Positions 8,244 through 17,141 of a stretch of 55,454 nt of DNA are shown piece by piece. Within the stretch, counting starts at the first letter, position 1, and each line of letters starts with the position of its first letter. This DNA comes from a virus. Taxonomy: Duplodnaviria > Caudoviricetes. The stretch is from the IMG/VR virus record IMGVR_UViG_3300017766_000361, positions 1-55,454 of that record. One strand, given 5' to 3'. A model generated the notes under the pieces. It was not told the origin of the DNA. It worked only from the letters and a program-made list of their open reading frames with translations, and did no database searches. Position numbers and translations under genes: made by a program.

Positions 8244-9224
8244 TTAGTTAGCCTCCAGTTTCATAAGTTCTTTTGCGTACTGTTCATTGCTCAGGCCCAA
8301 TTTCTTGGCGATAGCAACTTGAGTCGGTGTCAGGCGTACCTGACGCGGCGCGGTTCCCCGCGTTACCGGAGCCACTACATTGGCTGGTTTTGTGCGAGCA
8401 GGCTTTTCAGCCTCCCTCGTTTGAGTCACGGTATCCCCTTCATCGTTGTCAAACGCCTCGGGGAATCGTTTCCTCATTGTCTCGTCAACTCGGCGGTAAT
8501 AATCATCGCTACGCGGATCTACACCAGACCGGACTAATTTTTCATGCAGGCCGAGCGCAAGGGCAGTCATCTCCTCGTCCACGTTAAACCACGTATTTTT
8601 TTGCTTCCAAGCCTCGGCCTTTTGGTCAATGACCGGAGCCGAATACGTAGGTAACGTCGGTACCTGTTGGTTTACTTGTACTCCTGAATCCTGCTGTTGT
8701 AAAGCAGGCTGGAACCGAGCGAACTGTTGCAACTTGAGTTTTGCATCAGTCAGCATTTCTTGAGCGAGGGCGATTTGCTCAGCATCGCCAGACTCATAAG
8801 CAATCTTTAGTTTATCTTTTGCTACACCTAGGTCGGTATTAGCCGCCTTAGTCATCTCATTAACAAAGGCTCTCTCCCCCACCCCAAGACGTTGTTTGAG
8901 GCGACGGTTCTCCTCCATCTGGGCTTGGGCAAAGCGGTAGGTTTCCTCCCGCTCCCGCGCTGCACGCTCTTTTTCGCGGCGCTCGTCATGCCACGCCTTT
9001 TTCATCTGACCAAGGCGCTTTTTGACCTTATCGGAGTACTCCTCAAGGTCGTCATTCTCCAAATCGTTAACTACCTCTTTAGGCAGTGGTTTACGACCTC
9101 GATCTTCCTCGGGTGTGTCATCTTCAACTTTTACTTCAATTTCGTCGTTAAACTCTTGTTTTGATTGAGTTTTTTCTGACTCAATTTCATCAGGAAATTT
9201 GAACTCAGTTTGTTCGGTAGCCAT
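8244..9224 (-). CDS. Putative capsid scaffolding protein
   Basis: 326 aa; acidic N-terminus, coiled coil, C-terminal LT..QVAIAKKLG...EQYAK; lies between portal and capsid. Confidence 0.65.
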   Translation of the reverse strand: MATEQTEFKFPDEIESEKTQSKQEFNDEIEVKVEDDTPEEDRGRKPLPKEVVNDLENDDLEEYSDKVKKRLGQMKKAWHDERREKERAAREREETYRFAQAQMEENRRLKQRLGVGERAFVNEMTKAANTDLGVAKDKLKIAYESGDAEQIALAQEMLTDAKLKLQQFARFQPALQQQDSGVQVNQQVPTLPTYSAPVIDQKAEAWKQKNTWFNVDEEMTALALGLHEKLVRSGVDPRSDDYYRRVDETMRKRFPEAFDNDEGDTVTQTREAEKPARTKPANVVAPVTRGTAPRQVRLTPTQVAIAKKLGLSNEQYAKELMKLEAN

Positions 9225-9233
9225 AAATTACTC

Positions 9234-9611
9234 CTATGCGCGACGGATACCACGGGGGTCTTCAACCACCGCTTCCACCGTGTCGTCGTTGATGATGCGG
9301 AACTCACGTCCGTGGATGACCACGCGGGTGCCGGAATAGGGTCGTGTCAGCACGAAGTCCCCCTCCTTACACCACGCACCGGTCGGGAAGCGGGTCTCAT
9401 CCTTGTAGGCGAGGTTCCCCAATTTGACGACGAACAGGACGACCGTCGTCTGCTCCTCGACCTTCTTGGTGTCCTCGGCCTTGATGATGCCGCCTTCGTA
9501 CTCCTCCTCCACGTGTGGCACTGCACACAGGATTCGGTAGCCTTTTGGTTCTGGCAGGAGTTTGGCCTTGGTGGCTTCTTCCTGTGTCTTCTCTACATTG
9601 ATACTACTCAT
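9234..9611 (-). CDS. groES: Co-chaperonin GroES/Cpn10 homologue
   Basis: P.GYRIL, GGII, VVKLG, EGDFV...YSGT, RIINDD.VEAVV motifs. Confidence 0.85.
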   Translation of the reverse strand: MSSINVEKTQEEATKAKLLPEPKGYRILCAVPHVEEEYEGGIIKAEDTKKVEEQTTVVLFVVKLGNLAYKDETRFPTGAWCKEGDFVLTRPYSGTRVVIHGREFRIINDDTVEAVVEDPRGIRRA

Positions 9612-9796
9612 TCTTCCTCCAATCGTTTCGCAAGGTCTTTGAGATAACTAACTGCGAGGTCAAGACCCTGAATGAACCCGCATAGCCTTTTGTATTCCCC
9701 CTCATCCAATTTGCCTTGAGTGAGGCTTTCTACAATCAAGCCGCGCTCCTCCTTGAGTTTGGACTCAAGGTATTCCAGAGCGTTTGAATAGGACAT
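9608..9796 (-). CDS. Hypothetical protein
   Basis: 62 aa, helical; EY..LCG.IQGL. Confidence 0.65.
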   Translation of the reverse strand: MSYSNALEYLESKLKEERGLIVESLTQGKLDEGEYKRLCGFIQGLDLAVSYLKDLAKRLEEE

Positions 9797-12367
9797 TTAC
9801 TCCTCCTTTGCACCTTTCGGCGGTCGTAGCGCAGCCCGCATGGCTGAATCTCTGGTTTTTGCGATGTCAATACCCATACGCACTCCTGCTTCCTGCTGTT
9901 TCGCAGACAGCCCGGTCTTGTGCTTCTGAACATCCACACCGAGTCGTGCAGCATCGATCTGCGTCCTGTTGGCGATCTCTTGTTTGCGAAGGTCGAGTTC
10001 ATCGGCCTTGGTCGCCGCCATGATCTGCATCTCTTGCTGTTTGCGTTGCAGTTCTGCCTGCTTGAGTTGTGCCTCAAGTTGCAGTTCTGTCTGTTTGTTC
10101 TGAGCCTCCATCTGGATCTGCTGCGCCTTGAGTTGCAGTTCCTGCTGGCGAAGTTGCAACTCCATCTGCTGCATCTGGATGATGGGGTCTTGGGCCTGTT
10201 GCTGGGCCTGTTGCTGTTGCGCTTCAGCCTGATCTTTCTGGAGCAGTTTGGCTGCAGCCTGAGCAGCAAGGCGCGAAATCTCGACCTCGACGGCTTCAGG
10301 CAGTTCGGACGGTTTGCCGTTCTCTTCCGGTGGCGGCAACGAAGCGCCCAGTTGCTTCTCAATCTCACGGCGATACTGGAAGGCTACGTGCTCCATGATG
10401 TGCGCCATAGCGGCACCCATGATCTCCTGCGCCTTCGGGTTCTGACCGATCATCTCCCGCAACTTCGGGTCTTGGATAGCCGACAAGTGAACCTGCAGAT
10501 GCGCCTCATGATCCTGATAGATGAACGCCTTGGCAGGCTTACTGTTCATGATGTCCATGTTCTCAGTCACAGGATCTTTAGGCTTGGCGTCCTCCGGGGG
10601 CGGGATGATCTTGTCCGCGTTCTTGACACCCAGCGTCTCAATCATCTGCCTATGCAAATACTGCATGTCGTAGATGTTTGGCGCAGTCTGAGACAACTGC
10701 AGCACCGCTTGGTACTGCACGATCTTCTGCGACATCGTAGCCGCGTTCGGATCACTGACCGGGATGACATCCACATCATCGTAGTCAGCCTTCTTAGCCT
10801 TGCGATCACCGACCTCTGGCTCGTACGAATACTCATCCGGCGTGTTGTCACGGATGATCGCAGCGAGGAGTTTGAACTCCTGCTTCATCGTGTAGTAGAT
10901 GCGAGCCTGAACCGCTGTCATGACCTTGAGAACCCGCTCAAGCACAGCGAGGGTCGTGCCAACCGGAGCCTGCGAGGACATGTCGCTGATCTTGAGATCA
11001 GACACCGCAGCGAAGCGACGACCATCCTCGACCACCTTGTCCATCAGCATGGCAAGAGTCTGGCTCGGCTCCTTGTACGGCAGCGGCAGGATGTTGTCGC
11101 GCACCGCACCAGACGGAACGTCTACGTCTCGCCACTCGCCGGGAGCGATGGGTGTGTCGTCTCCCTTGATACGCAGACCGCGTGATTTGAGACCACCCGG
11201 AAGATTGCTAAGAGTTCCTGCGTCGATAAGTTGGCGAAGGAGGGAGGTTGCCGCTTTAGAGTGGCCGCCGATAAGGTGGATAAGTCCAAAATAATAGAAG
11301 CCAAAGCCGGGGATATACCCGTAATGCACAAAGTGCTGTCGCTTTGATTTGAGTTTGTCATCTTCGTTCCAGTTCCGCCTAATCGCCAGAACCGTCCCCG
11401 TCCCCTTCTCAATCGTCACCACGTACGGCAGTGCGATCCCTGTCTCGTTGTTGTCCTTATCGACATCGGGATAACCCGGCAGGTCGATGTTCACATGCAT
11501 CTCAAGCAACTGGAACCGGTCGTCCATCGTGGCTGAGAAGCCTTGATCCTCTGCCTTTTGCTTCTCCACCTCGTCCATCGTGCGAACCGGGTCGCCCAAG
11601 TCGATGTCGCGGTAGAAGCCTGCATACTGCAGTTTGATCAATTCGTTCTTCGTCTTACGCATCCGATGCGTAACACGCTCAGCACCTTCCAGATTCGGCG
11701 CACCGTACGGCACGATGATGTCTTCAGCCGGGATATAGATCGCCGTCTGACGGTCAAGGCTAGGGTCAAAGTAGACCTTCTTGAAGGCGTTACCTGCCAA
11801 AGCAAGGCTGAGCAGCATCCGCTCGTGCTCAGGGCGGTACTCCTTCATGATCTCGGTCAACTGATAGTTCATGTCATCAGCGACACGAACGGCAGAGCCC
11901 TTCTTCTCAGGGGTCTCCTTACCGATGATCTTGGTCTTGACCGGCCCTGCCGCCGGGAAGGTCTCCATGATGGTCTCGGACTGGAACTTAACCGCCGACT
12001 CCATCAGCAACGGGTGAAACACCCCGCACGCACCCGGCCACGGTTCTGTCCTGTCCTCGTATCGCAGACCAAGGATCTTCAGTCCCTTGACGTAGGTGTC
12101 GAGCCAGTCTTTACGCGAGGAGAGATCCTGCTCATACTGACCGATCAACTCGCCAGAGAGCGATCCAAGTTCGCCTTCACTCATGAAGTCAGCAAGGTTA
12201 GCGTCAAAGTCCTCGGCACGTGGCTCGTCTCTAACCATCTCGACCACCATGCCATCAACCCCGATAGCCACGCTTTCGGGGTCTTCAATCACAATTTCAA
12301 TCGGCTCAGGAGGAGCAAGTGCTTCAAGACCCTGCGGAGCCTGCATCAGACTTTTATCGACGGCCAT
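9797..12367 (-). CDS. Portal protein
   Basis: 856 aa after TerL; PW.GA.GV.HP.L, FKKVY.D, GFY..GL.H, LRQLIDAG.L.N; long Gln-rich C-terminal helix as in the P22-type barrel. Confidence 0.9.
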   Translation of the reverse strand: MAVDKSLMQAPQGLEALAPPEPIEIVIEDPESVAIGVDGMVVEMVRDEPRAEDFDANLADFMSEGELGSLSGELIGQYEQDLSSRKDWLDTYVKGLKILGLRYEDRTEPWPGACGVFHPLLMESAVKFQSETIMETFPAAGPVKTKIIGKETPEKKGSAVRVADDMNYQLTEIMKEYRPEHERMLLSLALAGNAFKKVYFDPSLDRQTAIYIPAEDIIVPYGAPNLEGAERVTHRMRKTKNELIKLQYAGFYRDIDLGDPVRTMDEVEKQKAEDQGFSATMDDRFQLLEMHVNIDLPGYPDVDKDNNETGIALPYVVTIEKGTGTVLAIRRNWNEDDKLKSKRQHFVHYGYIPGFGFYYFGLIHLIGGHSKAATSLLRQLIDAGTLSNLPGGLKSRGLRIKGDDTPIAPGEWRDVDVPSGAVRDNILPLPYKEPSQTLAMLMDKVVEDGRRFAAVSDLKISDMSSQAPVGTTLAVLERVLKVMTAVQARIYYTMKQEFKLLAAIIRDNTPDEYSYEPEVGDRKAKKADYDDVDVIPVSDPNAATMSQKIVQYQAVLQLSQTAPNIYDMQYLHRQMIETLGVKNADKIIPPPEDAKPKDPVTENMDIMNSKPAKAFIYQDHEAHLQVHLSAIQDPKLREMIGQNPKAQEIMGAAMAHIMEHVAFQYRREIEKQLGASLPPPEENGKPSELPEAVEVEISRLAAQAAAKLLQKDQAEAQQQQAQQQAQDPIIQMQQMELQLRQQELQLKAQQIQMEAQNKQTELQLEAQLKQAELQRKQQEMQIMAATKADELDLRKQEIANRTQIDAARLGVDVQKHKTGLSAKQQEAGVRMGIDIAKTRDSAMRAALRPPKGAKEE

Positions 12368-12377
12368 TTAGATTCTC

Positions 12378-13898
12378 CTAATAGTATCCAGCACCGCGAC
12401 GACTCTTGAACCACCGTGTCGGTTCTGGCTCGTCATTGGGCAAGCGAAGAAACCCGCCCTGCCTAAACCTCATGAGAGCCAAGGTAGTGGCGTCAACCAA
12501 GTCGTCATTCCGGCCAGAAGGGAAATCGTTGCATTCCTCAATAACTTCATATGCCCAACGCCGGTCAGGCGACCAGACTATACCTGAAGAAAACAGGTCA
12601 GATACGGCATTTACGCGGCTGATCTTGTCCTGTCCCTTACCCGGCGTGAACTCTGAGATGGGCACACCCATGCGATGGAACTCTTGGTAAAGCGCCGCAC
12701 CGTTGGACTTCTTTTCCACGATGAACGAGTCCGGTTGCCAACTTTTGTACTCCTCAAGGACGAGGGCTTTGAGTTCGGGGAACTCCAGTCTCTGCTTGAT
12801 GGCATTCAGCAGGATGACGTTGTAGTTCTTGGTCTCCTCGTTGAAGAAGACACCCCACGTGGTTAGGGCGTTAAAGTCAGCCCGGTTGGTCTTCTCCTGA
12901 GCGGCGTCAAGGCTCATGATGATGTGTTCACAAGGGGGTGGGTCTTCCGCCTGCCATATGCCCCACCACTCCCGTTTGATGAGCGCACCCTCTTCGGAGG
13001 TCGGCTCCTGCATGTACTGGGCCTGCCAGTACCGCACATCCATGCTGGCCTTCTTAGCCAGCAACTCCTCGATACTCCAGAACTCAGGCCAGAGGGGGTT
13101 TTCGTTCAAAATGGCCGGGAACTCAACGACCTCCCACTCCTCCGCGTCTTCTTCGCGGGTCATGTGATCCACGATCTTGCCGGTTAGATCCATCTTCGAC
13201 CATCGCGTCATCACCACAATGATCGCACCACCCGGCATCAGTCGCTGGACTGGGCCTGACTGGAACCACTCCCATGCTGGCTCGAATACGTCCGCACGAC
13301 CCTGCTTAGCCTCCTGTTCAGAGTGAGGATCATCAATAATAAAGAGATCGGCACCACGGCCAGCAAGAGCGCCGCCCACGCCAATAGCGAAATACTCGCC
13401 ATTAAAATTTGTGCCCCAACGAGAAGCACTTTTACTATCAGCCTGAAGAGAAACACTGGGAAAAATATCACGGTAGGACTCCGAACCGACCAAGTTACGC
13501 ACCCGACGCCCAAAATTCACTGCAAGGTCTGCAGTGTGAGAGGCCATGATGACTTTTTTCTGCGGAAATTTGCCTAAAAACCACGCCGGAGCGAGGTAAC
13601 TGATCATCTCAGACTTGCCATGACGCGGGGCGATGTTGACGATGACCCGTTTTTTCTTGCCTTCTGCAATTTCCTCGAAAATCCTAGCCAATTTTCGATG
13701 GTGAGGCCCGACTTTGTAGCCGGGATACACGTGGGTAATGAAATCTAAGAAGGAATCCTTGCCTAAACGCTGTGTCAGTTGATTCTGGTACTGTTTTAGG
13801 AGGTCAGCGATGCGCCGCTTCTCCTTTTCAGGCATTGTTGGCAGAGCCAGTCGCAGTTTCTGCAGCCCTTCAGGCGTTATCTGCTGCATTCTCGTCAT
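12378..13898 (-). CDS. terL: Terminase large subunit
   Basis: Walker A-like APRHGKS, Walker B IIDD, VMTRW, nuclease motifs LDAA and DDLVDA. Confidence 0.95.
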   Translation of the reverse strand: MTRMQQITPEGLQKLRLALPTMPEKEKRRIADLLKQYQNQLTQRLGKDSFLDFITHVYPGYKVGPHHRKLARIFEEIAEGKKKRVIVNIAPRHGKSEMISYLAPAWFLGKFPQKKVIMASHTADLAVNFGRRVRNLVGSESYRDIFPSVSLQADSKSASRWGTNFNGEYFAIGVGGALAGRGADLFIIDDPHSEQEAKQGRADVFEPAWEWFQSGPVQRLMPGGAIIVVMTRWSKMDLTGKIVDHMTREEDAEEWEVVEFPAILNENPLWPEFWSIEELLAKKASMDVRYWQAQYMQEPTSEEGALIKREWWGIWQAEDPPPCEHIIMSLDAAQEKTNRADFNALTTWGVFFNEETKNYNVILLNAIKQRLEFPELKALVLEEYKSWQPDSFIVEKKSNGAALYQEFHRMGVPISEFTPGKGQDKISRVNAVSDLFSSGIVWSPDRRWAYEVIEECNDFPSGRNDDLVDATTLALMRFRQGGFLRLPNDEPEPTRWFKSRRGAGYY

Positions 13899-14436
13899 CT
13901 ACAACGTGGTATTCGACGTTCTCTAGCACAGATATGGCCTGAATGAGTTCTTTTTCGACCTCTTCGATGGGCTTGACGATGTGTGTTACCTCGCTGCGCT
14001 TCTTAAATGCGTCGATTCCGTCCACTTCGCCCAGCGTCTTCAACGCCTGCACGCGAAGTTTGCTGTCACTCGTCATCTCAATCTCTTTAACGAGGTTCGT
14101 TATGACGTAATTTTTAAGCGTAGCAAGGTCTTCAACGAGGGCATGGTTGGTCTTAGCGACAAGACCTGCCAGAAAAGCGATGGTTTCGTTGGGGTACTTG
14201 GCAAAATCGTGTTTGATCTTGGGGTCATGCACCATCTGATGTGCCAAATCGGCAGCGGCTAACTGCTGATCTTTGGTTGGCTCAATCAGAACCCCGCTCA
14301 AGTCCGAAAAGAACTTGATGGTTCTGGCACGCATTTCGATCTCTTCAGTCGATGTCAAGTCTGGCAACGCCTCCAAAGCATTGCTTGGCAGAGGTATGCC
14401 CTCTTCTATGTCAGGTACGAATGCGTCCACGTTCAT
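13870..14436 (-). CDS. Hypothetical protein, probable terminase small subunit
   Basis: 188 aa, helical; overlaps the terL start; first gene of the late unit. Confidence 0.5.
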   Translation of the reverse strand: MNVDAFVPDIEEGIPLPSNALEALPDLTSTEEIEMRARTIKFFSDLSGVLIEPTKDQQLAAADLAHQMVHDPKIKHDFAKYPNETIAFLAGLVAKTNHALVEDLATLKNYVITNLVKEIEMTSDSKLRVQALKTLGEVDGIDAFKKRSEVTHIVKPIEEVEKELIQAISVLENVEYHVVDDENAADNA

Positions 14437-14623
14437 ATAACTATATATAAAAACAGCATGGTACCAAAAAGAAAAGGGGGTGGGTTTCTATACAGTAGGG
14501 GTGGGGGGTCGAACTAAGTAAAAGTGTGGGGTGATTTGTGTGAATTCAGGGGTATAGGGGTCTGGCCGGAGTCCCAAACGGCAGCGGGTGGGTGGGATGG
14601 GGTGGGGCCGGGCCTGATAGCCT

Positions 14624-14641
14624 TTCCACCCATAGGTGGAA
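14624..14641. promoter_or_regulatory. Palindromic operator-like site 1 (TTCCACCCATAGGTGGAA)
   Basis: One of five related 18-bp inverted repeats. Confidence 0.75.
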
Positions 14642-14642
14642 G

Positions 14643-14671
14643 TTGATTTACGCATCGCGTTACCCTATAAG
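14643..14671 (+). promoter_or_regulatory. Sigma70-type promoter P1
   Basis: TTGATT-17 bp-TATAAG upstream of ATG 14724. Confidence 0.6.
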
Positions 14672-14723
14672 TGACTCACGGCTAGGCATTCCGTCTAGTC
14701 GCAACACACAAGGAAACTACATC

Positions 14724-15335
14724 ATGTCAAACGCCAAACTTATCACTGCCGCAGAAAAGGCCTACGATTCTGCCGACTCACTCATCGACGCGGTTATGGC
14801 TATCGTCGCTATCGTGCCTACCTTTCCCGAAAAGGTAACCGAGCAAGATGAGGCCGACATCCGGGCCGGTCTGATGAATCGTGCAAAGGCTAGATTCCCG
14901 ACGCGATTCTACCTGCGCGATGGCGACACCTATAACTTGCTCAGCCCTGCCGACGCTAAGAAGGCCGACGCTAGCAAGGTAGTGTCATTCAATGCCGAGA
15001 CCGTAATGAAAACTACCCCGCATGAACTAGGGCAGATGAAAACATCCGAGCCGGGACGGCACAAGGTAGTAACCGGGATGCGAAAGGCTATCCAGACTAA
15101 CGCATCTAACCGCTATACCTACCTTGAGACAATCGCTAGACGCGAACGCGGCATAACTGGGACGGCTAGGGTTCCCGGCGAATTGATTACCCGCACCATG
15201 AAGGCGCTAGCCGGTATCGACAAGATGCACGCAACGGCTAGGTCAAAAGGTGTCCCGGCTGCATGGCCTCAAGAGGCTATCAAGGCAGCGGAGGCCGCCT
15301 ACCTTGCCAAGATTGAAGCCTTCACCAAGAAGTAA
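14724..15335 (+). CDS. Early hypothetical protein (203 aa)
   Basis: AAGGA RBS before ATG 14724; has its own promoter and terminator. Confidence 0.75.
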   Translation: MSNAKLITAAEKAYDSADSLIDAVMAIVAIVPTFPEKVTEQDEADIRAGLMNRAKARFPTRFYLRDGDTYNLLSPADAKKADASKVVSFNAETVMKTTPHELGQMKTSEPGRHKVVTGMRKAIQTNASNRYTYLETIARRERGITGTARVPGELITRTMKALAGIDKMHATARSKGVPAAWPQEAIKAAEAAYLAKIEAFTKK

Positions 15336-15351
15336 CTAACGCGCCTACCTC

Positions 15352-15386
15352 GCCCCGACCGGCTAGTCCGGTCGGGGCTTTTTTTT
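15352..15386 (+). terminator. Rho-independent terminator
   Basis: GCCCCGACCGG-CTAGT-CCGGTCGGGGC followed by T8. Confidence 0.9.
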
Positions 15387-15505
15387 GCCCTGCGTTTTGC
15401 AGGGCGCATCTTCGATGCCAGTTCCTTGTTTGTGTGAGCGTGCGAGGCTGCGCGACACCGCGTGGCTGATTATGTAATCAATCAACCGCCACACCATTCA
15501 GGCGA

Positions 15506-15523
15506 TTCCACCCATGGGTGGAA
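15506..15523. promoter_or_regulatory. Palindromic operator-like site 2 (TTCCACCCATGGGTGGAA, perfect)
   Basis: Perfect 18-bp palindrome. Confidence 0.75.
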
Positions 15524-15544
15524 AATCAAATTAAGATTTCGCCG

Positions 15545-16033
15545 TAATTAGCCATCTCAAATGGGGTCAAAATTGATTAATTACATAATTAGCCTATAAA
15601 TTGGGTCGAAATTGATTAATTATATAATCAATCATGTTTTGTTCCAGTTTTTAGGTGTTTGTTCCAGTTTTGTTCCAGTTTTCAAAATCGACTGGAACAC
15701 GCAAGTGCTTGATTATATTAAGAAAAAACGGGTTTGTTCCACTGTTCCAGTTTTTTCGGGATAGGGCGGGGGAAAGCATTTCAAAATCGTGCGCGAGAAA
15801 GTTTGCAGCGCGGTGAGTCAACTTACCATTTTGCCACCCGGTCTCCCCCTAAAACACTGGAACAACGGAACAAAGGCACCATTTTTCACTTCTTCTTACT
15901 ACTATATATAAACTTAATTCTATTCTATCTAATAAATTCAATCACTTACACTTCTCTCACTCCCGCTCCGTTTTCCAAACTCTGTCGCATTTGTAAACAA
16001 AAAACTGGAACAAGACTGGAACAACTGGAACAA
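15545..16033. repeat. Putative replication origin: AT-rich tandem repeat, about 11 TGTTCC(A/G) iterons in both orientations, two IHF-like sites
   Basis: Forward copies near 15640, 15660, 15671, 15735, 15743; reverse copies near 15691, 15857, 15865, 16004, 16015, 16024. Confidence 0.6.
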
Positions 16034-16071
16034 ACTCAGCCCGCGTTCCACAACTTTCGTTCTTTGAAGTA

Positions 16072-16100
16072 TTGACTTATATGTCCACCTTTGGTATACT
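16072..16100 (+). promoter_or_regulatory. Sigma70 promoter P2
   Basis: TTGACT-17 bp-TATACT. Confidence 0.85.
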
Positions 16101-16123
16101 ATCTGGGAAATGGGGAGAAAATC

Positions 16124-16387
16124 ATGACGCGAGCAACGCTTAATTATGTTTCCACCCAAGAGTGGAAAACGGAATCTGACGAGACGAGTGACTTGTGTGT
16201 TGAGTGCGGTGAAGCGGTGGATGCTAGGCGATGGGCGCTTGGCATCCACCTGTGTATGCCGTGCGGTGAAGCAAACGCCCAGCAGGTAGTGCGATGTGTG
16301 GTTCCCCTACACAAAGCAAACTACATACTGGTCACTGACTTGGAAGACTTGAAAGGCATCAACAACAAAGGAGGATTCTACCGATGA
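16124..16387 (+). CDS. DksA/TraR-type C4 zinc-finger protein
   Basis: CVECGE.V..RR..LG..LC.PC; GGAG RBS before ATG 16124. Confidence 0.7.
   Translation: MTRATLNYVSTQEWKTESDETSDLCVECGEAVDARRWALGIHLCMPCGEANAQQVVRCVVPLHKANYILVTDLEDLKGINNKGGFYR
16150..16167. promoter_or_regulatory. Palindromic operator-like site 3 (TTCCACCCAAGAGTGGAA)
   Basis: Identical to site 4; lies inside the 5' end of a CDS. Confidence 0.7.
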
Positions 16388-16587
16388 CTACCCCGCGAGA
16401 TATCCCTGCCGACTGGTGGGTTGCACAGGACAGCGACGAAGCATGGCAACGGCAGATGGAGCAGATGCACTACGAAGCCATTGAAGACGTCATGCGCGAA
16501 TTTGCGCGTGAGTTAAACGAGCGTTGGGAGCAGTTGGAACTGCCACTTGACGAGCCGCCGCAGCCACGCCCTGTCTATCCGTTTTGA
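16384..16587 (+). CDS. Hypothetical protein
   Basis: 67 aa; GGAGG RBS; ATGA overlap. Confidence 0.65.
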   Translation: MTTPRDIPADWWVAQDSDEAWQRQMEQMHYEAIEDVMREFARELNERWEQLELPLDEPPQPRPVYPF

Positions 16588-16639
16588 GCCAACCAAGTTG
16601 GCCATACCTATCACTTAATTAATAGAAGGAGACCTAATC

Positions 16640-17029
16640 ATGTCATTACAGAACAGAGTTTTGTCCGTCGAAGCGTTCCAAGACTACCCCCACGCAATTG
16701 GCGGTACATGCTACCAAGGCGTGATCAATGTCCGGTATGACGACCTAGTGCGACTGTTTGGTCAGCCACTGCCGGGAGATGCCTACAAGACCGAAGCCGA
16801 GTGGGTGTTGCGCTTCCACGACTACAACGCACACCGATACATCGTCGTGACCATCTACGACTGGAAGGTTGGCCCGTCTTATTGTGGCCCAGAGGAGGGC
16901 ATTGAACCCGAGTTCAACGAGGTGTGGCATGTCGGTGGGCATAGCACCGATGCACTCTATGTATTGCAGGACTGGCTCGACATGAATGGCGTGCCGCGTG
17001 TGCCGAACAATCGTTCGATGGTTGCTTGA
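16640..17029 (+). CDS. Conserved early phage hypothetical protein
   Basis: 129 aa; AAGGAG RBS; K..AEW...F...TIYDWK...WHVGG. Confidence 0.75.
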   Translation: MSLQNRVLSVEAFQDYPHAIGGTCYQGVINVRYDDLVRLFGQPLPGDAYKTEAEWVLRFHDYNAHRYIVVTIYDWKVGPSYCGPEEGIEPEFNEVWHVGGHSTDALYVLQDWLDMNGVPRVPNNRSMVA

Positions 17030-17054
17030 CTTATATGTCTACCTTTGGTATACT
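17026..17054 (+). promoter_or_regulatory. Sigma70 promoter P3 (near-identical copy of P2)
   Basis: TTGACT-17 bp-TATACT; one mismatch to P2. Confidence 0.85.
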
Positions 17055-17103
17055 ATTCATACTGGTAGAGCGTAAACTTTTGACCGATATCAAGTAATTA
17101 ATT

Positions 17104-17121
17104 TTCCACCCAAGAGTGGAA
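17104..17121. promoter_or_regulatory. Palindromic operator-like site 4 (TTCCACCCAAGAGTGGAA)
   Basis: Between P3 and the RBS of the gene at 17142. Confidence 0.75.
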
Positions 17122-17141
17122 TTCCACAAAGGAGCAAACAA

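Noticed and set aside
9920-12409. 421-aa and 288-aa plus-strand ORFs
   Set aside because: Antisense shadows of the portal gene
14437-14470. Sigma70 promoter for the late operon (TTGGTA-16-TATAGT, minus strand)
   Set aside because: The -10 would end only 3 bp before the ATG, too close for a normal start site
14592-14723. N-terminal extension of the 247-aa ORF
   Set aside because: It covers the G-tract, operator and promoter; ATG 14724 has a proper RBS
15636-16033. CRISPR array suggested by the TGTTCCAG repeats
   Set aside because: Units are only 8-10 bp, occur in both orientations with irregular spacing, and no cas operon is present
15734-16075. 113-aa ORF across the repeat region
   Set aside because: No RBS, TTG start, and the sequence is explained by iterons and AT tracts
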